From: a virus
Length of the DNA: 64,000 nt
IMG/VR virus record: IMGVR_UViG_3300042549_008472
Span: 1 to 64,000 of that record
Direction: 5' to 3' (one strand)
The notes under the pieces were generated by a model. That model ran no database searches and had not been told where the DNA came from. It saw nothing but the letters and a program-made list of their open reading frames with translations. Below, piece after piece: positions 12,401 to 21,281 of the stretch. The position numbers were made by a program, and so were the translations under genes. Each line of letters opens with the position of its first letter. The first letter of the stretch is position 1.

Positions 12401-13917
12401 GTCCAATATCCTACACATATAATGAGTCTAATGGACAATGTGAGCTATCATTAGACAATTGCGAGTCAGACATTGTATTCGTTATGGATAATTCAAGCAG
12501 TATTAACTCAACAGAAATAGAACAGCTAAACGATTTTGTAGCTCAAGTTGTAACAGGTATTGAAGATGTAATATTAAACGGTAACACTAAAGTAGGTGTA
12601 ATAAAATTTGCGGAAGAGGGTGTTATAAAAACAGCATTAAGTTCTAATTTAACTACAATAAATGATGCCGTATATTCTACTAGGTCTGCTGGAAGTACAA
12701 ATGTCAATGACGGGCTATGTAAAGCGGAGCAAGTATTGAACGGAGTAGGTTCAAGAGACAACGCACTTAAAAAAATAATCTTGGTAGTAGATGGTTCACA
12801 AAATGCTTCATCTTCAACACCTTGTGGTACACCAAATACAGTACAAGGAAGTTTAACTTTCGCAAGACAGTTAAAAGATGCAGGAGTAAATATAACTCTT
12901 GTAGTGCTAGGTTCGGAAGTAGAAAGGTCATTAGTGAAAATTAGATATGGAGGAGAAGATGGAACAGGATATACAGATTATCCGTTACCGTCAATTGGTA
13001 CAGGTTTATATGGTTATGCAACTTATGAAGCAGAATTTGAAACAGTTGGTGCGATAGTTGATAGTATAACTAATCAATTAGGTTGTACAAGTACAGTACC
13101 TGCAATACCCTGTGATGAACCAAATGTAGAGCAAGGTACTTGCACAACTTTGGAACAAGTAGAGCCGACTTACGTACAAACAACAGTACCTGCCGACTAT
13201 TCGGATGAAACTTTGTTTAAAGACGTATCTTGGACTATTGCATTTAGTTTAGTAGAAAGAAAATGGATTGGGTGGTATGACTATAAACCTAATTACTACA
13301 TAGCTCATCAAAATTATTTCCAAACAGGAATTAGAGGAGGAGGGTTGTGGTCACACTTATTGACTAACAAATCTTACCAAGTTTTTTATGGAGAATTAAA
13401 ACCATTTGAAATTATATATAAATCTCAATATGGTATTCAGAATTCAACTTTGAAAAACATTAAAATTGAAGCAGATGTTTTAAGATATCACAACTTATAT
13501 GATTATGCTTTTATTGATGATAAGTTTTTCACTAAGGCGACTATATTTACAAATGGAATGAACACAGGAGTTCTAAATTTAGTAAATAATACAGGACAGA
13601 TGAATTTAGTTTCAAAGTATCCTATAACAGCACCTGATGGGAATTCGCAGTCTATACTCTACTCTAAAACAGATAATAAATACAGCTTAAACTACTTCTA
13701 CAACAGAAGTCTCAGAAGTGGAACTAATACACCAAATATGTTGTATGACGATATGGCTATAAGAAGACGAGTAAATACAAACTTTGTAAAATTCGGCGGA
13801 AAGAAAACTTTAGAATTTATAAGAGGAGGATTCTACTATATACAACTAAAACAAGATGTAGAAAGCAGACTGAGATTTAATTTAAACATAGGGATAATAC
13901 AAGAAGACAAGATATAA
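6454..13917 (+). CDS. Tail stabilisation/muzzle protein with inserted Cys-rich and vWA domains
   Basis: 2487 aa; FQKGLNRD, IYFTDDYNP, GGRLEEGVYEF, RPIRHFKFPD, FSFHSPET, FGGDTLI, WTIAFS motifs; DIVFVMDNSSSI MIDAS motif. Confidence 0.75.
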   Translation: MENKINTFQKGLNRDSQYLSEGEYDTLINGNFDSYDTSFILTNEMSNLLSSRFKQGFEVIHATNDTLSNTTYFFLVNETTGEGEFGQIKNLQTVNNLQDLPSECDTCGLTNDLATPLEEIEQVPLNTYQTLLSDTCKVNKKEGFNFSIAHPIKFSVIKNEKCGKVIYFTDDYNPFRYIKIDKILDYFIQNVPCTDDIELNCIDFDDLRVFKLHNFPTITPIEIQSGGRLEEGVYEFALAYTDEEGSEITEYTSITNPITIIDPNQVNKENQTDGSQTNYAIRLQVEGLDTNFSHYKIIVVQTLAKNLGVSSYFEEGVHTTDDNIVVYSGDSNKKTSSINTLTLKNVFLERVGMVGASNNTLFVGGLTFEKEDNLQPVVNFLGEFIQWQTHIATEDLYNDGINTSKFAGINRDEVVPYGIKFLYDGGHKSSIFPLIARQAIASDLIVLSDTNKDVQSINSFDDCTTTARTKKWQFYNTATVDSGFCGNDEIETTPVTETVEKICYIEDIDESLDQSITILLDEPYTNLLTYIEQVVENGDCTTAFAGTDLCELLDVTNYTETCGDNLFKNCYEVCEGEDCYEVCEDEDFCTTPELLESTIEITSIEGVTEVFTEVGFPEDYSKLKSPDYCNLYTRSADKGEYIQDNEFEVLYMFWEEDGGDLFFDKALFRDYNFSNITCASADEILEYSDSNSYYQGYFHNYIGAVEIEDLQTNKNAFEDISNPKALFTDKIHKDVLWYKGLTLNRDVFILELTKFKIINGADDILTGNANPQQKVRISVFNKCGDTDPIFSEILDLRTAGKQYRIEVLEDSIIVDNTTTIETYTLTNPFSGGVFYVAIDTPLVATSGITSYDEPKDNTIIDKYRSAPPEACYGIVLRNVQYSEVTVTWERITTRKKSIYEATCTYDQPIVQDCTAVPYKKGNFAYWESTEEYPDNNELFNSSNIEIAPNDIPLEFRSKFENKFVQSNTGGKYNWKTSLKRENSDPEPVTDFTCRPIRHFKFPDNSKSPFIYNNKQAPFSGSLIFPLGITIPETLINSFLDIAVKNNLISAERRNKIVGYEIVRGDLSKNRSIVASGLLYDYRKYKEKNKDIYYSNYPFNDLGADKLNLDSSGTPINHPYLGKANDKFSFHSPETDYFKVPSTSEMSVQGYMYGTSRGNFDEVERHSKWVILSPKAKDTANLLAALETATEVAVNVAQSAEAWRVGGGLYFTANPVGIGLNIASAALSAISSVLANFGRYRYEWLKAFRDLGQPQNFAYYYYAEGKYNYLNTIQEEGNKLRALQVAKYIREGNATTTNRVTGEIVSINNIDRERSMFISLGENNKLEYPASYVNYDNNKSDFNKSSLTFSSESNLCETGKSSEIQKNVASPYVALKNYIPSQYGTINSINWLSTGYQGDLKNVKQGCLSIFGGDTLINRHTLKRKIPLFVSDATYLPDLIPFNYKFYSNIGKNPRFYVDYEVLTNFSRGSATLPDIDYDLRFDCSSRSGNYYRPPSKFYLYYYGVPSFLTETRINTVARTAGKEPKDDFYPNYGDLNRLTQEKRVSIRTQEKFNYNSVYSKTGLSLGSRTLPTNYKKSEFNCRADAENGVMYSLPDNTENNYTDPWTIFRPNNRYEFPTSWGRLISIKGIENEEVLVRLTDSTAIFNSVDTTVDDGTPAEIQNLGSGGVFARRPRTFQATELGYGGTQSHQSISTEFGHFHVDAKRGQVIQVNGGKGGMQEISSFIDGKPSGMRNWFKEQLPFKILNYFPNLDVDNPYNGVGISMGYDSRFKRLFITKKDYLPIGKCKSCENDNLVVNGSLTSNLNGWDNSEEGYTWNAGKMWNTDSADVSPKIKQNILTVGKTYRITFDLFINPNCQETFSEETPIKFVKVFTGTTESDYIIEEGSTTQSLILTCTGNSTFALQTGFSCAADIGYLYNSVGIDNVCVVEFEPSPLCCLEEVDGQLFYNVTECEDVDTTPTCQTGYTFNSESQMCERTTVSSLCPISYTYNESNGQCELSLDNCESDIVFVMDNSSSINSTEIEQLNDFVAQVVTGIEDVILNGNTKVGVIKFAEEGVIKTALSSNLTTINDAVYSTRSAGSTNVNDGLCKAEQVLNGVGSRDNALKKIILVVDGSQNASSSTPCGTPNTVQGSLTFARQLKDAGVNITLVVLGSEVERSLVKIRYGGEDGTGYTDYPLPSIGTGLYGYATYEAEFETVGAIVDSITNQLGCTSTVPAIPCDEPNVEQGTCTTLEQVEPTYVQTTVPADYSDETLFKDVSWTIAFSLVERKWIGWYDYKPNYYIAHQNYFQTGIRGGGLWSHLLTNKSYQVFYGELKPFEIIYKSQYGIQNSTLKNIKIEADVLRYHNLYDYAFIDDKFFTKATIFTNGMNTGVLNLVNNTGQMNLVSKYPITAPDGNSQSILYSKTDNKYSLNYFYNRSLRSGTNTPNMLYDDMAIRRRVNTNFVKFGGKKTLEFIRGGFYYIQLKQDVESRLRFNLNIGIIQEDKI

Positions 13918-13919
13918 AG

Positions 13920-15539
13920 ATGGCAAAAAATCCAAAACAAGATAAAGCATATAGATTTTTTATAAGTAAGGGATACTCTCCAAGTGCGGCTTCGGGAATT
14001 GTAGGTAATCTAGATTATGAGAGTGGTCTAGATACCTCAATTGAGGGAGACAAAGGGTATAAAGGCGGTTCGTCTTATGGTATAGCTCAGTTTAGAGGAG
14101 AGCGATTACAACGTCTCAAAAAGATGTATGGGGAGAATTGGACAGACTTTGACAATCAATTGAACTTTGTGGATTGGGAGCTAAATAACACGCATAAAAA
14201 GGCGAGAAATATATTAAAAAGTGCAAAAGATTTTCACGTAGCAGGACAAGCTTTCTCTGATTACTATGAAATCCCACAGAAAAAATACGCGGAAAATAAA
14301 AACCGAAGAGACAGAGTAGAATTAATTCATAGAAGATTTGCAAATCAAGATAACTATTATGCACAAGAAGAATCAGAACCACAAGCAGTACAGCAAAATC
14401 CCGAAATGGACATTCAAGTACCTGATTATGTAAAACAGATAGAAGAGCAGAATAATAGAAATTTAAGATATTTTGCCGAACAAGAAGAAAAGCTTAAATT
14501 TGCAGAATCAGAGTTAGATAAAAAGACTGCACAACTCGACGAAAAAATACAAGAGAGAAACTTCATAAACGACTTACTTAAAGCAACCAATGTTCAATAT
14601 AATGAAGAACAACCTACACAAGAGTTTCAAACAGGAGGTAGAGCACCTATCGTAGTCACAGATAAAAATGACCCAAGATATAGAGCTTATCAAGATAGTT
14701 TGAGTTTATACAACAATTACAATGATGTAATTATTAACCTAAAAAATAAAAAATATGAAGAAAAATCTCCAATTAAGACTATTAAAAAAATGTACTCAAA
14801 TTGGGATTTTGCAAAAAATAAAGCTGAAGAAAAACCAAAAACTACAGGATTAAAAAAAGTTAGTGGTAATTTATATTCTGTAAACGATTTTATACCTGCA
14901 ACAGTAAATAAAAATTTACCTGAACAATTATTCTCTAATTTTATAGAGCCAGCAGGAACTCAAATTTTTTATAATAGCTCAGTGTACGGTAAAAATGTAT
15001 TTCATCCTAAAAAAATAGATAATAAGATTATAGATGAATTAGAGAGAGATGATGAAAATTGGTTTACTGCGAAACCTGACTACAGAGTAGTAGCAAATTA
15101 TTCAAATGTAAAACCTAAACAACAGGTAATAGTTGAGCCAAAACAACAAACTGTACAACCAACATCATTTCAAGCACCAACGCAACCTCCACAAATAAGA
15201 GACGCTCAACCAACAAAACAAATAACTCCCGCAGGAATACAAACACAAGCACAACTTCCACAAGGAGAAGAACTACAACAAAGAACTTACGCTAAAATAC
15301 CAACTTCATATAATGTAAACAGTCAAAGATTTAATATGACAGGAGAAAATCCTTACTATGATTTTAATGCTGAAAATGCAGATTATGAAACAGCTCTCAG
15401 AGCAAAAATGGCGGCAGAAACTTATAACTCAGACATTGAAAACAGATATGGTAATGAAGAATCTTTAAAAAACCCAAAAGCGGTGGAGAGATTAAAAAAA
15501 CTAAGACAAAAAGTACAGATAACTCCGAATTACAATTAA
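13920..15539 (+). CDS. Virion protein with N-terminal phage tail lysozyme domain
   Basis: AASGIVGNLDYESGL...GSSYGIAQFRGERL...QLNFVDWEL. Confidence 0.8.
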   Translation: MAKNPKQDKAYRFFISKGYSPSAASGIVGNLDYESGLDTSIEGDKGYKGGSSYGIAQFRGERLQRLKKMYGENWTDFDNQLNFVDWELNNTHKKARNILKSAKDFHVAGQAFSDYYEIPQKKYAENKNRRDRVELIHRRFANQDNYYAQEESEPQAVQQNPEMDIQVPDYVKQIEEQNNRNLRYFAEQEEKLKFAESELDKKTAQLDEKIQERNFINDLLKATNVQYNEEQPTQEFQTGGRAPIVVTDKNDPRYRAYQDSLSLYNNYNDVIINLKNKKYEEKSPIKTIKKMYSNWDFAKNKAEEKPKTTGLKKVSGNLYSVNDFIPATVNKNLPEQLFSNFIEPAGTQIFYNSSVYGKNVFHPKKIDNKIIDELERDDENWFTAKPDYRVVANYSNVKPKQQVIVEPKQQTVQPTSFQAPTQPPQIRDAQPTKQITPAGIQTQAQLPQGEELQQRTYAKIPTSYNVNSQRFNMTGENPYYDFNAENADYETALRAKMAAETYNSDIENRYGNEESLKNPKAVERLKKLRQKVQITPNYN

Positions 15540-15542
15540 AAA

Positions 15543-18395
15543 ATGAAAAACAATAAGAAAAAATATAAAAGAGGTGGCGGAATAAACACAACAGGATACA
15601 AAGAAAATACACCAACAGAAAATAACCTGTACAACATAATTCCTAATACTTCTAATATTACGATGAAAGAAGTCGATGATAACATTATGGGAGCTTCCTA
15701 TGATGCAAATGGAAATCTTACGTCTATGAAATTTATGAAACCTGAACAAGATTATCAGTATCCACCTAATACGGAAGCTGTTTATGAAGTACCTCAATAT
15801 CAAGTGGCAGGAGTAGCTGATTGGCAAAACCTTTTTGGAAACTTGCCAAATACACCAAAACCTACTTCTCAAGTAAATGCACAACCACCTGCAAAACAAG
15901 TGTGGAATACATCAACAGGAAAGTATGAAAATGTAAATTCTCAGTCATCGGCGGGAAACACGCCAATAAACTCCCCAGTTATTACTCCAAGCAGTAATTC
16001 GTTAGGAACAGCAAGACCCCAAGTAGAAAGTGGGATAAAGAAGACAACCCCTATGGAAGTAAAAGACCCTATGCAAACTATGCAAGAAAACGCCCTAGCT
16101 ACAACTACACAATTTGAAAATACAAACGCAAATGGGGAGGCTGAACAAGGTTTTCAAAACCCACAAAACAGTAAGTATCAGTTTATAAATCCTTACGCAA
16201 CTGGATTTGATATCCCCAGTGCCGCAGTAATGTTAGGACAAGGTATTGAATCAGGGAATGCTTTTGACATAGGAGTTTCAGGATTAAAATTAGCAACAGG
16301 ACTTGCAAGAAATGTTGTAGGTGGAATGGGTGCAGAAAATCGCCGTCAAAATGTAATGCAAGATGCAACAGAAAGATACAGAGAAAGTTTAACACCTGGT
16401 GAACAATATTATCAAGACGGAGGACAACAAGCTCCACCACCATCACAAGAAGAAATTATGCAAATGGTAGCACAAGCTTTACAGCAAGGAGCGCAACCAG
16501 AAGAAGTGTTACAACAACTTTTATCTATGGGGATTCCACAAGAAGTTGCTACTCAACTAATTCAAGGAGCTATGCAAGGTGGTCAAGAACCACAATACAT
16601 GGAAGAAGGTGGTATTGCAAAAGTTTTAACAGGGGAGTATATACAAGAGCCTCAAGACGTTGAAGATGAGGAAGTTGTTGCAGAAATAGAAGCGGGAGAA
16701 TTTATTTTAAACTCAGAAACAGGTAAAATAACCAAAGCTTTAGGAAAGACACATGAAAGCGGAGGCATAGTAGTAACAGCAGAGCAATTGCCACCAAACT
16801 CCTTAATAATCTCCGACCACTTGAAATTAGGCGACAATGCAAAATACTACAAAGACAACTTTGAATTAGACGTAAAACCAAAAGACACATTTGCAAAAGT
16901 ATTGGATAGCTTTACTAAAAAGTCAGGTTTACAAAAATTAGTTGATGAGCAAGAAGACTACATTAAGTCTTTAGAGAAAGAAACTAAAAAAGAAAAACAA
17001 GATGAAACAGTTCAACTAAATCAAAGATTTTTACAAAGTAAGATTGAGGAAATAGAAAAGAAAAAAGAACCGTTAGAAAAAGTGAGGATGGATTTATTTC
17101 AAGATGTGTTTGAAAAACAAGAGGCGGGAAAGAAAGTTGAAAAAGAACAAATGGAATTTCAAAACGGAGGGATGTACAATGGAGACTTAATAATGGAGTA
17201 TGCCAATAAGTATAATATTTCACCTGACCGAGCAAATCAAATAGTACAAGAATATAGAAACGGTGGAAAAAATATACCCATGTACCAAGACGGTAAAGGC
17301 AGATTTGACGCTTGGTACGCAGATGCCCAAGCAAATGGATATACAGGGGTAAAAGACGTAGGTGCTATACAAACTTGGCTAGCTCAAAACAATCCTCAGT
17401 TGGTAGAGGACTACTTCGTCAAAAATAGACAAGGTATGACAGCTAAACATATTGACATACTTAAACAAAAAAATCCGCAAGCATTTAAAGATTTAGGCAT
17501 AGATATTAACAAAGCTTCTGCTCAACTAACACCTGAAGAAAAGTTCAAACTACAAGACGCTCTGTCACCAACTTTAGATAGAAACTTTTGGTTAGAGGGA
17601 TTTCAAGACCAAAAGAAAGACAGGAGATTTCCTATGCAAGGTGTCACTATATCTGCACCCATGACAGGAACGTATGATAATACTATTAAAGCACCTTTAA
17701 TGCCGTCAAATCCTTATGAAGCACCGTTAGTAGACCCTTACAACCCACCAACAACTACCCCAACAGAGGAAAGAAGAGACCCACGAACAGGAATTTTACT
17801 ATTACCTGACCAAACACCACTCTCTCCTCAAAGTTTAGCACCTGCTCTAAAAATAGACAGAAGATTTGATAGAGTAGAAGCTATGCAAGTAACACCTGAA
17901 GCAAGTATAGCTGAATTAAGACGACAAGAAAAAGCGGCAATAGATTCTTACAGTTCACTCCCTGATTCTCAAAGAGCCGCCGCAATAGCACAAGTTCAGT
18001 CTAACACTCAAGATAAAATTGCTCAAATTTCAGCACAAGTACAAGGACAAAATGTGGCTTCTAAATTACAAGCAGATACAACAAACGCAGGAATTCAAAT
18101 GCAAGAAGAAAATGCGAGAGGAACAGACTTATTAAGTTATGAACAGAGAATACAAACAGCTTCTGACAAAACCTTTCAAGACTTAAACAGATACTACAAT
18201 ACACTACAAAAAAATAACGTAGGTAATTTTAACACAGTTAACAACGTAAACCTTTTAAATGCAATGTATGATAATTACCAGTTTACAGGAAATGGAGTAG
18301 AGCAAGTAGGGGACAATCCTTATTTAAACTACGACAATAATGTAACACCCTCTACCACGACACCAAAAAGAAATCCTAGAAAGAGAAAAAATTAA
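15543..18395 (+). CDS. Putative ejection/cargo protein
   Basis: 950 aa, Q/P-rich; repeated [YFM]xxGG motifs; EIEAGE...HESGGI motif of crAss-like internal proteins. Confidence 0.55.
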   Translation: MKNNKKKYKRGGGINTTGYKENTPTENNLYNIIPNTSNITMKEVDDNIMGASYDANGNLTSMKFMKPEQDYQYPPNTEAVYEVPQYQVAGVADWQNLFGNLPNTPKPTSQVNAQPPAKQVWNTSTGKYENVNSQSSAGNTPINSPVITPSSNSLGTARPQVESGIKKTTPMEVKDPMQTMQENALATTTQFENTNANGEAEQGFQNPQNSKYQFINPYATGFDIPSAAVMLGQGIESGNAFDIGVSGLKLATGLARNVVGGMGAENRRQNVMQDATERYRESLTPGEQYYQDGGQQAPPPSQEEIMQMVAQALQQGAQPEEVLQQLLSMGIPQEVATQLIQGAMQGGQEPQYMEEGGIAKVLTGEYIQEPQDVEDEEVVAEIEAGEFILNSETGKITKALGKTHESGGIVVTAEQLPPNSLIISDHLKLGDNAKYYKDNFELDVKPKDTFAKVLDSFTKKSGLQKLVDEQEDYIKSLEKETKKEKQDETVQLNQRFLQSKIEEIEKKKEPLEKVRMDLFQDVFEKQEAGKKVEKEQMEFQNGGMYNGDLIMEYANKYNISPDRANQIVQEYRNGGKNIPMYQDGKGRFDAWYADAQANGYTGVKDVGAIQTWLAQNNPQLVEDYFVKNRQGMTAKHIDILKQKNPQAFKDLGIDINKASAQLTPEEKFKLQDALSPTLDRNFWLEGFQDQKKDRRFPMQGVTISAPMTGTYDNTIKAPLMPSNPYEAPLVDPYNPPTTTPTEERRDPRTGILLLPDQTPLSPQSLAPALKIDRRFDRVEAMQVTPEASIAELRRQEKAAIDSYSSLPDSQRAAAIAQVQSNTQDKIAQISAQVQGQNVASKLQADTTNAGIQMQEENARGTDLLSYEQRIQTASDKTFQDLNRYYNTLQKNNVGNFNTVNNVNLLNAMYDNYQFTGNGVEQVGDNPYLNYDNNVTPSTTTPKRNPRKRKN

Positions 18396-18400
18396 TAAAC

Positions 18401-18431
18401 TTGCACAAAACAAATAAAATAGCTAAATTTG
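18401..18431 (+). promoter_or_regulatory. Bacteroidetes promoter
   Basis: TTG-N20-TAAATTTG. Confidence 0.7.
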
Positions 18432-18452
18432 TAGCTTCAATAGAAACAGTCA

Positions 18453-21281
18453 ATGGCAAACGCATATAGCACACCGCAACAGTTTAACGAATATCAAAAC
18501 CCCTATAATCTTGAATTGATTAATGGGGTTTTGGCGGCTAAACAAGGCAGTTATGATAAAAACTTAGCAGTCTTAGATGAAAATCTTGCTCAATTAAAAA
18601 CACAAGAAGGTTTATTATTGAGAGATAAAGATAAAGAGTACTTTAACAATAAAGTACAAGGACTTTTAAATGAAGTAGGGAGGTCTGGTCAAATTGACTT
18701 GTCAAGTAACAATGTAACTCGTAAAATTAAAAATTACATTAACGATGCTCAAGATGAGTATATTATAGACCAAATTGGAGAGTCTCAAAAATTTAGAAAC
18801 TTTCAAATGACAGTGGAAGAGACTAAAAAACGAGGCAAAGGGGAGGGTTATAATGACATAAACTATGTAGATGCAATAGAAAGAGGCGGATTACAACAGT
18901 ACTTAAACGGAGAAACGGATTCGATAGGTAGCTTGCAATATAAAGAATACATTGACGCTCCAAAGGTAATAAATGATGAAGTTGCTAAGTGGGCAAAGGA
19001 TTATGGTTATAGAAAAGAAATGAGTTCCCAAGAGGGGGAATACTACACTAAAGACATAACCAAAGAAGTTTTAACTAAAGACGAGATAACCAAGTTTATT
19101 CAGACAACTTTAAGTCCTCAAATTAAAGAGCAATTGCAGATAAATACTCGTCAAACTTACAAAAATTTACAAGGACAAGATTTAAATAACTTCTTAGCTG
19201 AAAATTATAAGAGAGATAATATACAACTAAATTATAAAATAGCACAGCTTAAATCACAGGAGAAATCAGCAGTAGGAGAACAAAAAGAAATAATTTCTAG
19301 TAATATACGATTTTACGAAGACGCAATAGAACAAAGTAATAAAAAGATAGATACTAATGACTTTTCAAGAGATGAATTATATTCAATCTATGAAAAAAAC
19401 TTATTTGATGGCATAGCCGACAGTTACGACAGAGATGCTGTAATTGATATAGATTATGACACTACTAAGTTGGAAGTTATGAAGTTTCAAGCGGATATGG
19501 CTTACAAAGCGGAAGATTTGAAGTTGAAAAAGTATGCTTTGGACAATAAAAACAGTACAGGTGTTTCAAATGATTTAGGAACAGCTATACCAACAGTGCC
19601 TGAGAATGAGGAAGAGAAACCGTCTGCCGTAAACCAAGTAACAACAGCTTTTAAAGAATCTAATGCACAACTTATGGCGACTTTAGAAGCAGAGGATGAG
19701 GAGTACAGAAATATGCCAAAAGCTGAAAAAGAAGCTTACGTTATAGGACTTATGAAGAATAACAACGGCATAAATCCAATGAACAGAAAACCTTTAAAAG
19801 CCTCTGTAATTAATGCTGTATCGGCACATAAAGCTAACTATGAAGCATATTCAGGGTATAGAAAAGGAATTGGAGCAACATTTGACAAAGTAAATAGAGA
19901 ATCTTATGATGACATTTTAGGAGCGGTAAGGTCAGGAAATGGAGTTAAAGTGGATAACTTGGCTTATTCTATGCCGTCTGTTTCTAAATTTCTAAAATCA
20001 GGTAGGAGTTTTAATAATCTAACCGAGCAAGAAAAAGAAATAGTAAGATATGAAATGACAGCAAGTGCTGTTGTAGATGGGGAATTAGGAGATAATAAAG
20101 AGTATCAAATGTACTTGAACATCCTAAAACAACGTAATAGAAAAAACCCACAAGTTCTTAAAGTTTTTGATAATACTTTAAGTGAGGATAGTAGTGCAGT
20201 AGGGGCTTTTTTTAGTACAATAGGTAGAAATTTATATGGAGGATTAGAGGATAAAGTACTCAATCCTATCTCTGAAAGTTTTACTCTTTTAACACAAGGT
20301 AAAAAAGCAGCGGATAAAGTAGTAGCACAAAACCTAAAAGAAAGTTTTGAGAGAAATAGAAAAAATACGAAAGATTCTAAGGTATTAGAGCGGTGGAATA
20401 CTGACTATATTTCACCCTATCAAGATACAAACATAACAGAGATAGAAGGATTTGAAACAGCAAGCGGTAAAGATTTATTTTTCAAATATAAAACTGACAT
20501 AGAAACGTCTAAAACAATACAACAGCAAAAGTTACAACCCTATTTACAAACAATGCCCGCAAAAATGGCTTTTTCGTTCTCAACAGAAAATAAAGGACAA
20601 CAAGCTATGGCAGATTTAATAAAACAAACAATCTTAGCAAGAGAGGGTGCAACACCCGCCGATAAAAATAATTACGAATTAAATTTCAACGCTAGTACAA
20701 ATCAATATACAATATCTTACCTAGTAAAAGACGGTAAAAACTTAGTAAAAACACCAATTACGGTAGACGCATCTCTAATGCCAAAAGTAATTACCGATAA
20801 ATATAGTACAAGTAAAGGTAACTGGGCAACTGACATAATGAATCCAAAAGCAACTGCACCTACTTACAATTATGAATCCCCAAGAGACTATACAGACACG
20901 GAAAGAATCATCAATAACCTTAATGTAGTTACAGATAATGGATTCTCTGACAAAGAGCTTTTAGACTTAACTTACAATCCAATAATGCTACCTCTACCTC
21001 AAAGAGTTGAGATTGTACTTCAAAAGTATCCTACTCTGAGTAGTAAAAAAGAAGAGCTCGCCAAAACTTTAAGTAGCCCTATCTCTGTGGAAATTAAAAA
21101 TTCAAAAGGAGTAGGATTTTATGCAGATGTATTCAAAACTATTAATGGGCAGAAAGTAAAATTGAACACAAGTGCAGAATCTATGGGAACATCTTATAAC
21201 CCAACAGAATTTGTAAAGAAGCAAATGGCATTAATAGGACACTACACTAACTTAGAAGTTGAAAAACTTATCTCAAAATAA
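18453..21281 (+). CDS. Putative ejection/cargo protein
   Basis: 942 aa, helical, no Cys seen; lies in the cargo cluster. Confidence 0.5.
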   Translation: MANAYSTPQQFNEYQNPYNLELINGVLAAKQGSYDKNLAVLDENLAQLKTQEGLLLRDKDKEYFNNKVQGLLNEVGRSGQIDLSSNNVTRKIKNYINDAQDEYIIDQIGESQKFRNFQMTVEETKKRGKGEGYNDINYVDAIERGGLQQYLNGETDSIGSLQYKEYIDAPKVINDEVAKWAKDYGYRKEMSSQEGEYYTKDITKEVLTKDEITKFIQTTLSPQIKEQLQINTRQTYKNLQGQDLNNFLAENYKRDNIQLNYKIAQLKSQEKSAVGEQKEIISSNIRFYEDAIEQSNKKIDTNDFSRDELYSIYEKNLFDGIADSYDRDAVIDIDYDTTKLEVMKFQADMAYKAEDLKLKKYALDNKNSTGVSNDLGTAIPTVPENEEEKPSAVNQVTTAFKESNAQLMATLEAEDEEYRNMPKAEKEAYVIGLMKNNNGINPMNRKPLKASVINAVSAHKANYEAYSGYRKGIGATFDKVNRESYDDILGAVRSGNGVKVDNLAYSMPSVSKFLKSGRSFNNLTEQEKEIVRYEMTASAVVDGELGDNKEYQMYLNILKQRNRKNPQVLKVFDNTLSEDSSAVGAFFSTIGRNLYGGLEDKVLNPISESFTLLTQGKKAADKVVAQNLKESFERNRKNTKDSKVLERWNTDYISPYQDTNITEIEGFETASGKDLFFKYKTDIETSKTIQQQKLQPYLQTMPAKMAFSFSTENKGQQAMADLIKQTILAREGATPADKNNYELNFNASTNQYTISYLVKDGKNLVKTPITVDASLMPKVITDKYSTSKGNWATDIMNPKATAPTYNYESPRDYTDTERIINNLNVVTDNGFSDKELLDLTYNPIMLPLPQRVEIVLQKYPTLSSKKEELAKTLSSPISVEIKNSKGVGFYADVFKTINGQKVKLNTSAESMGTSYNPTEFVKKQMALIGHYTNLEVEKLISK

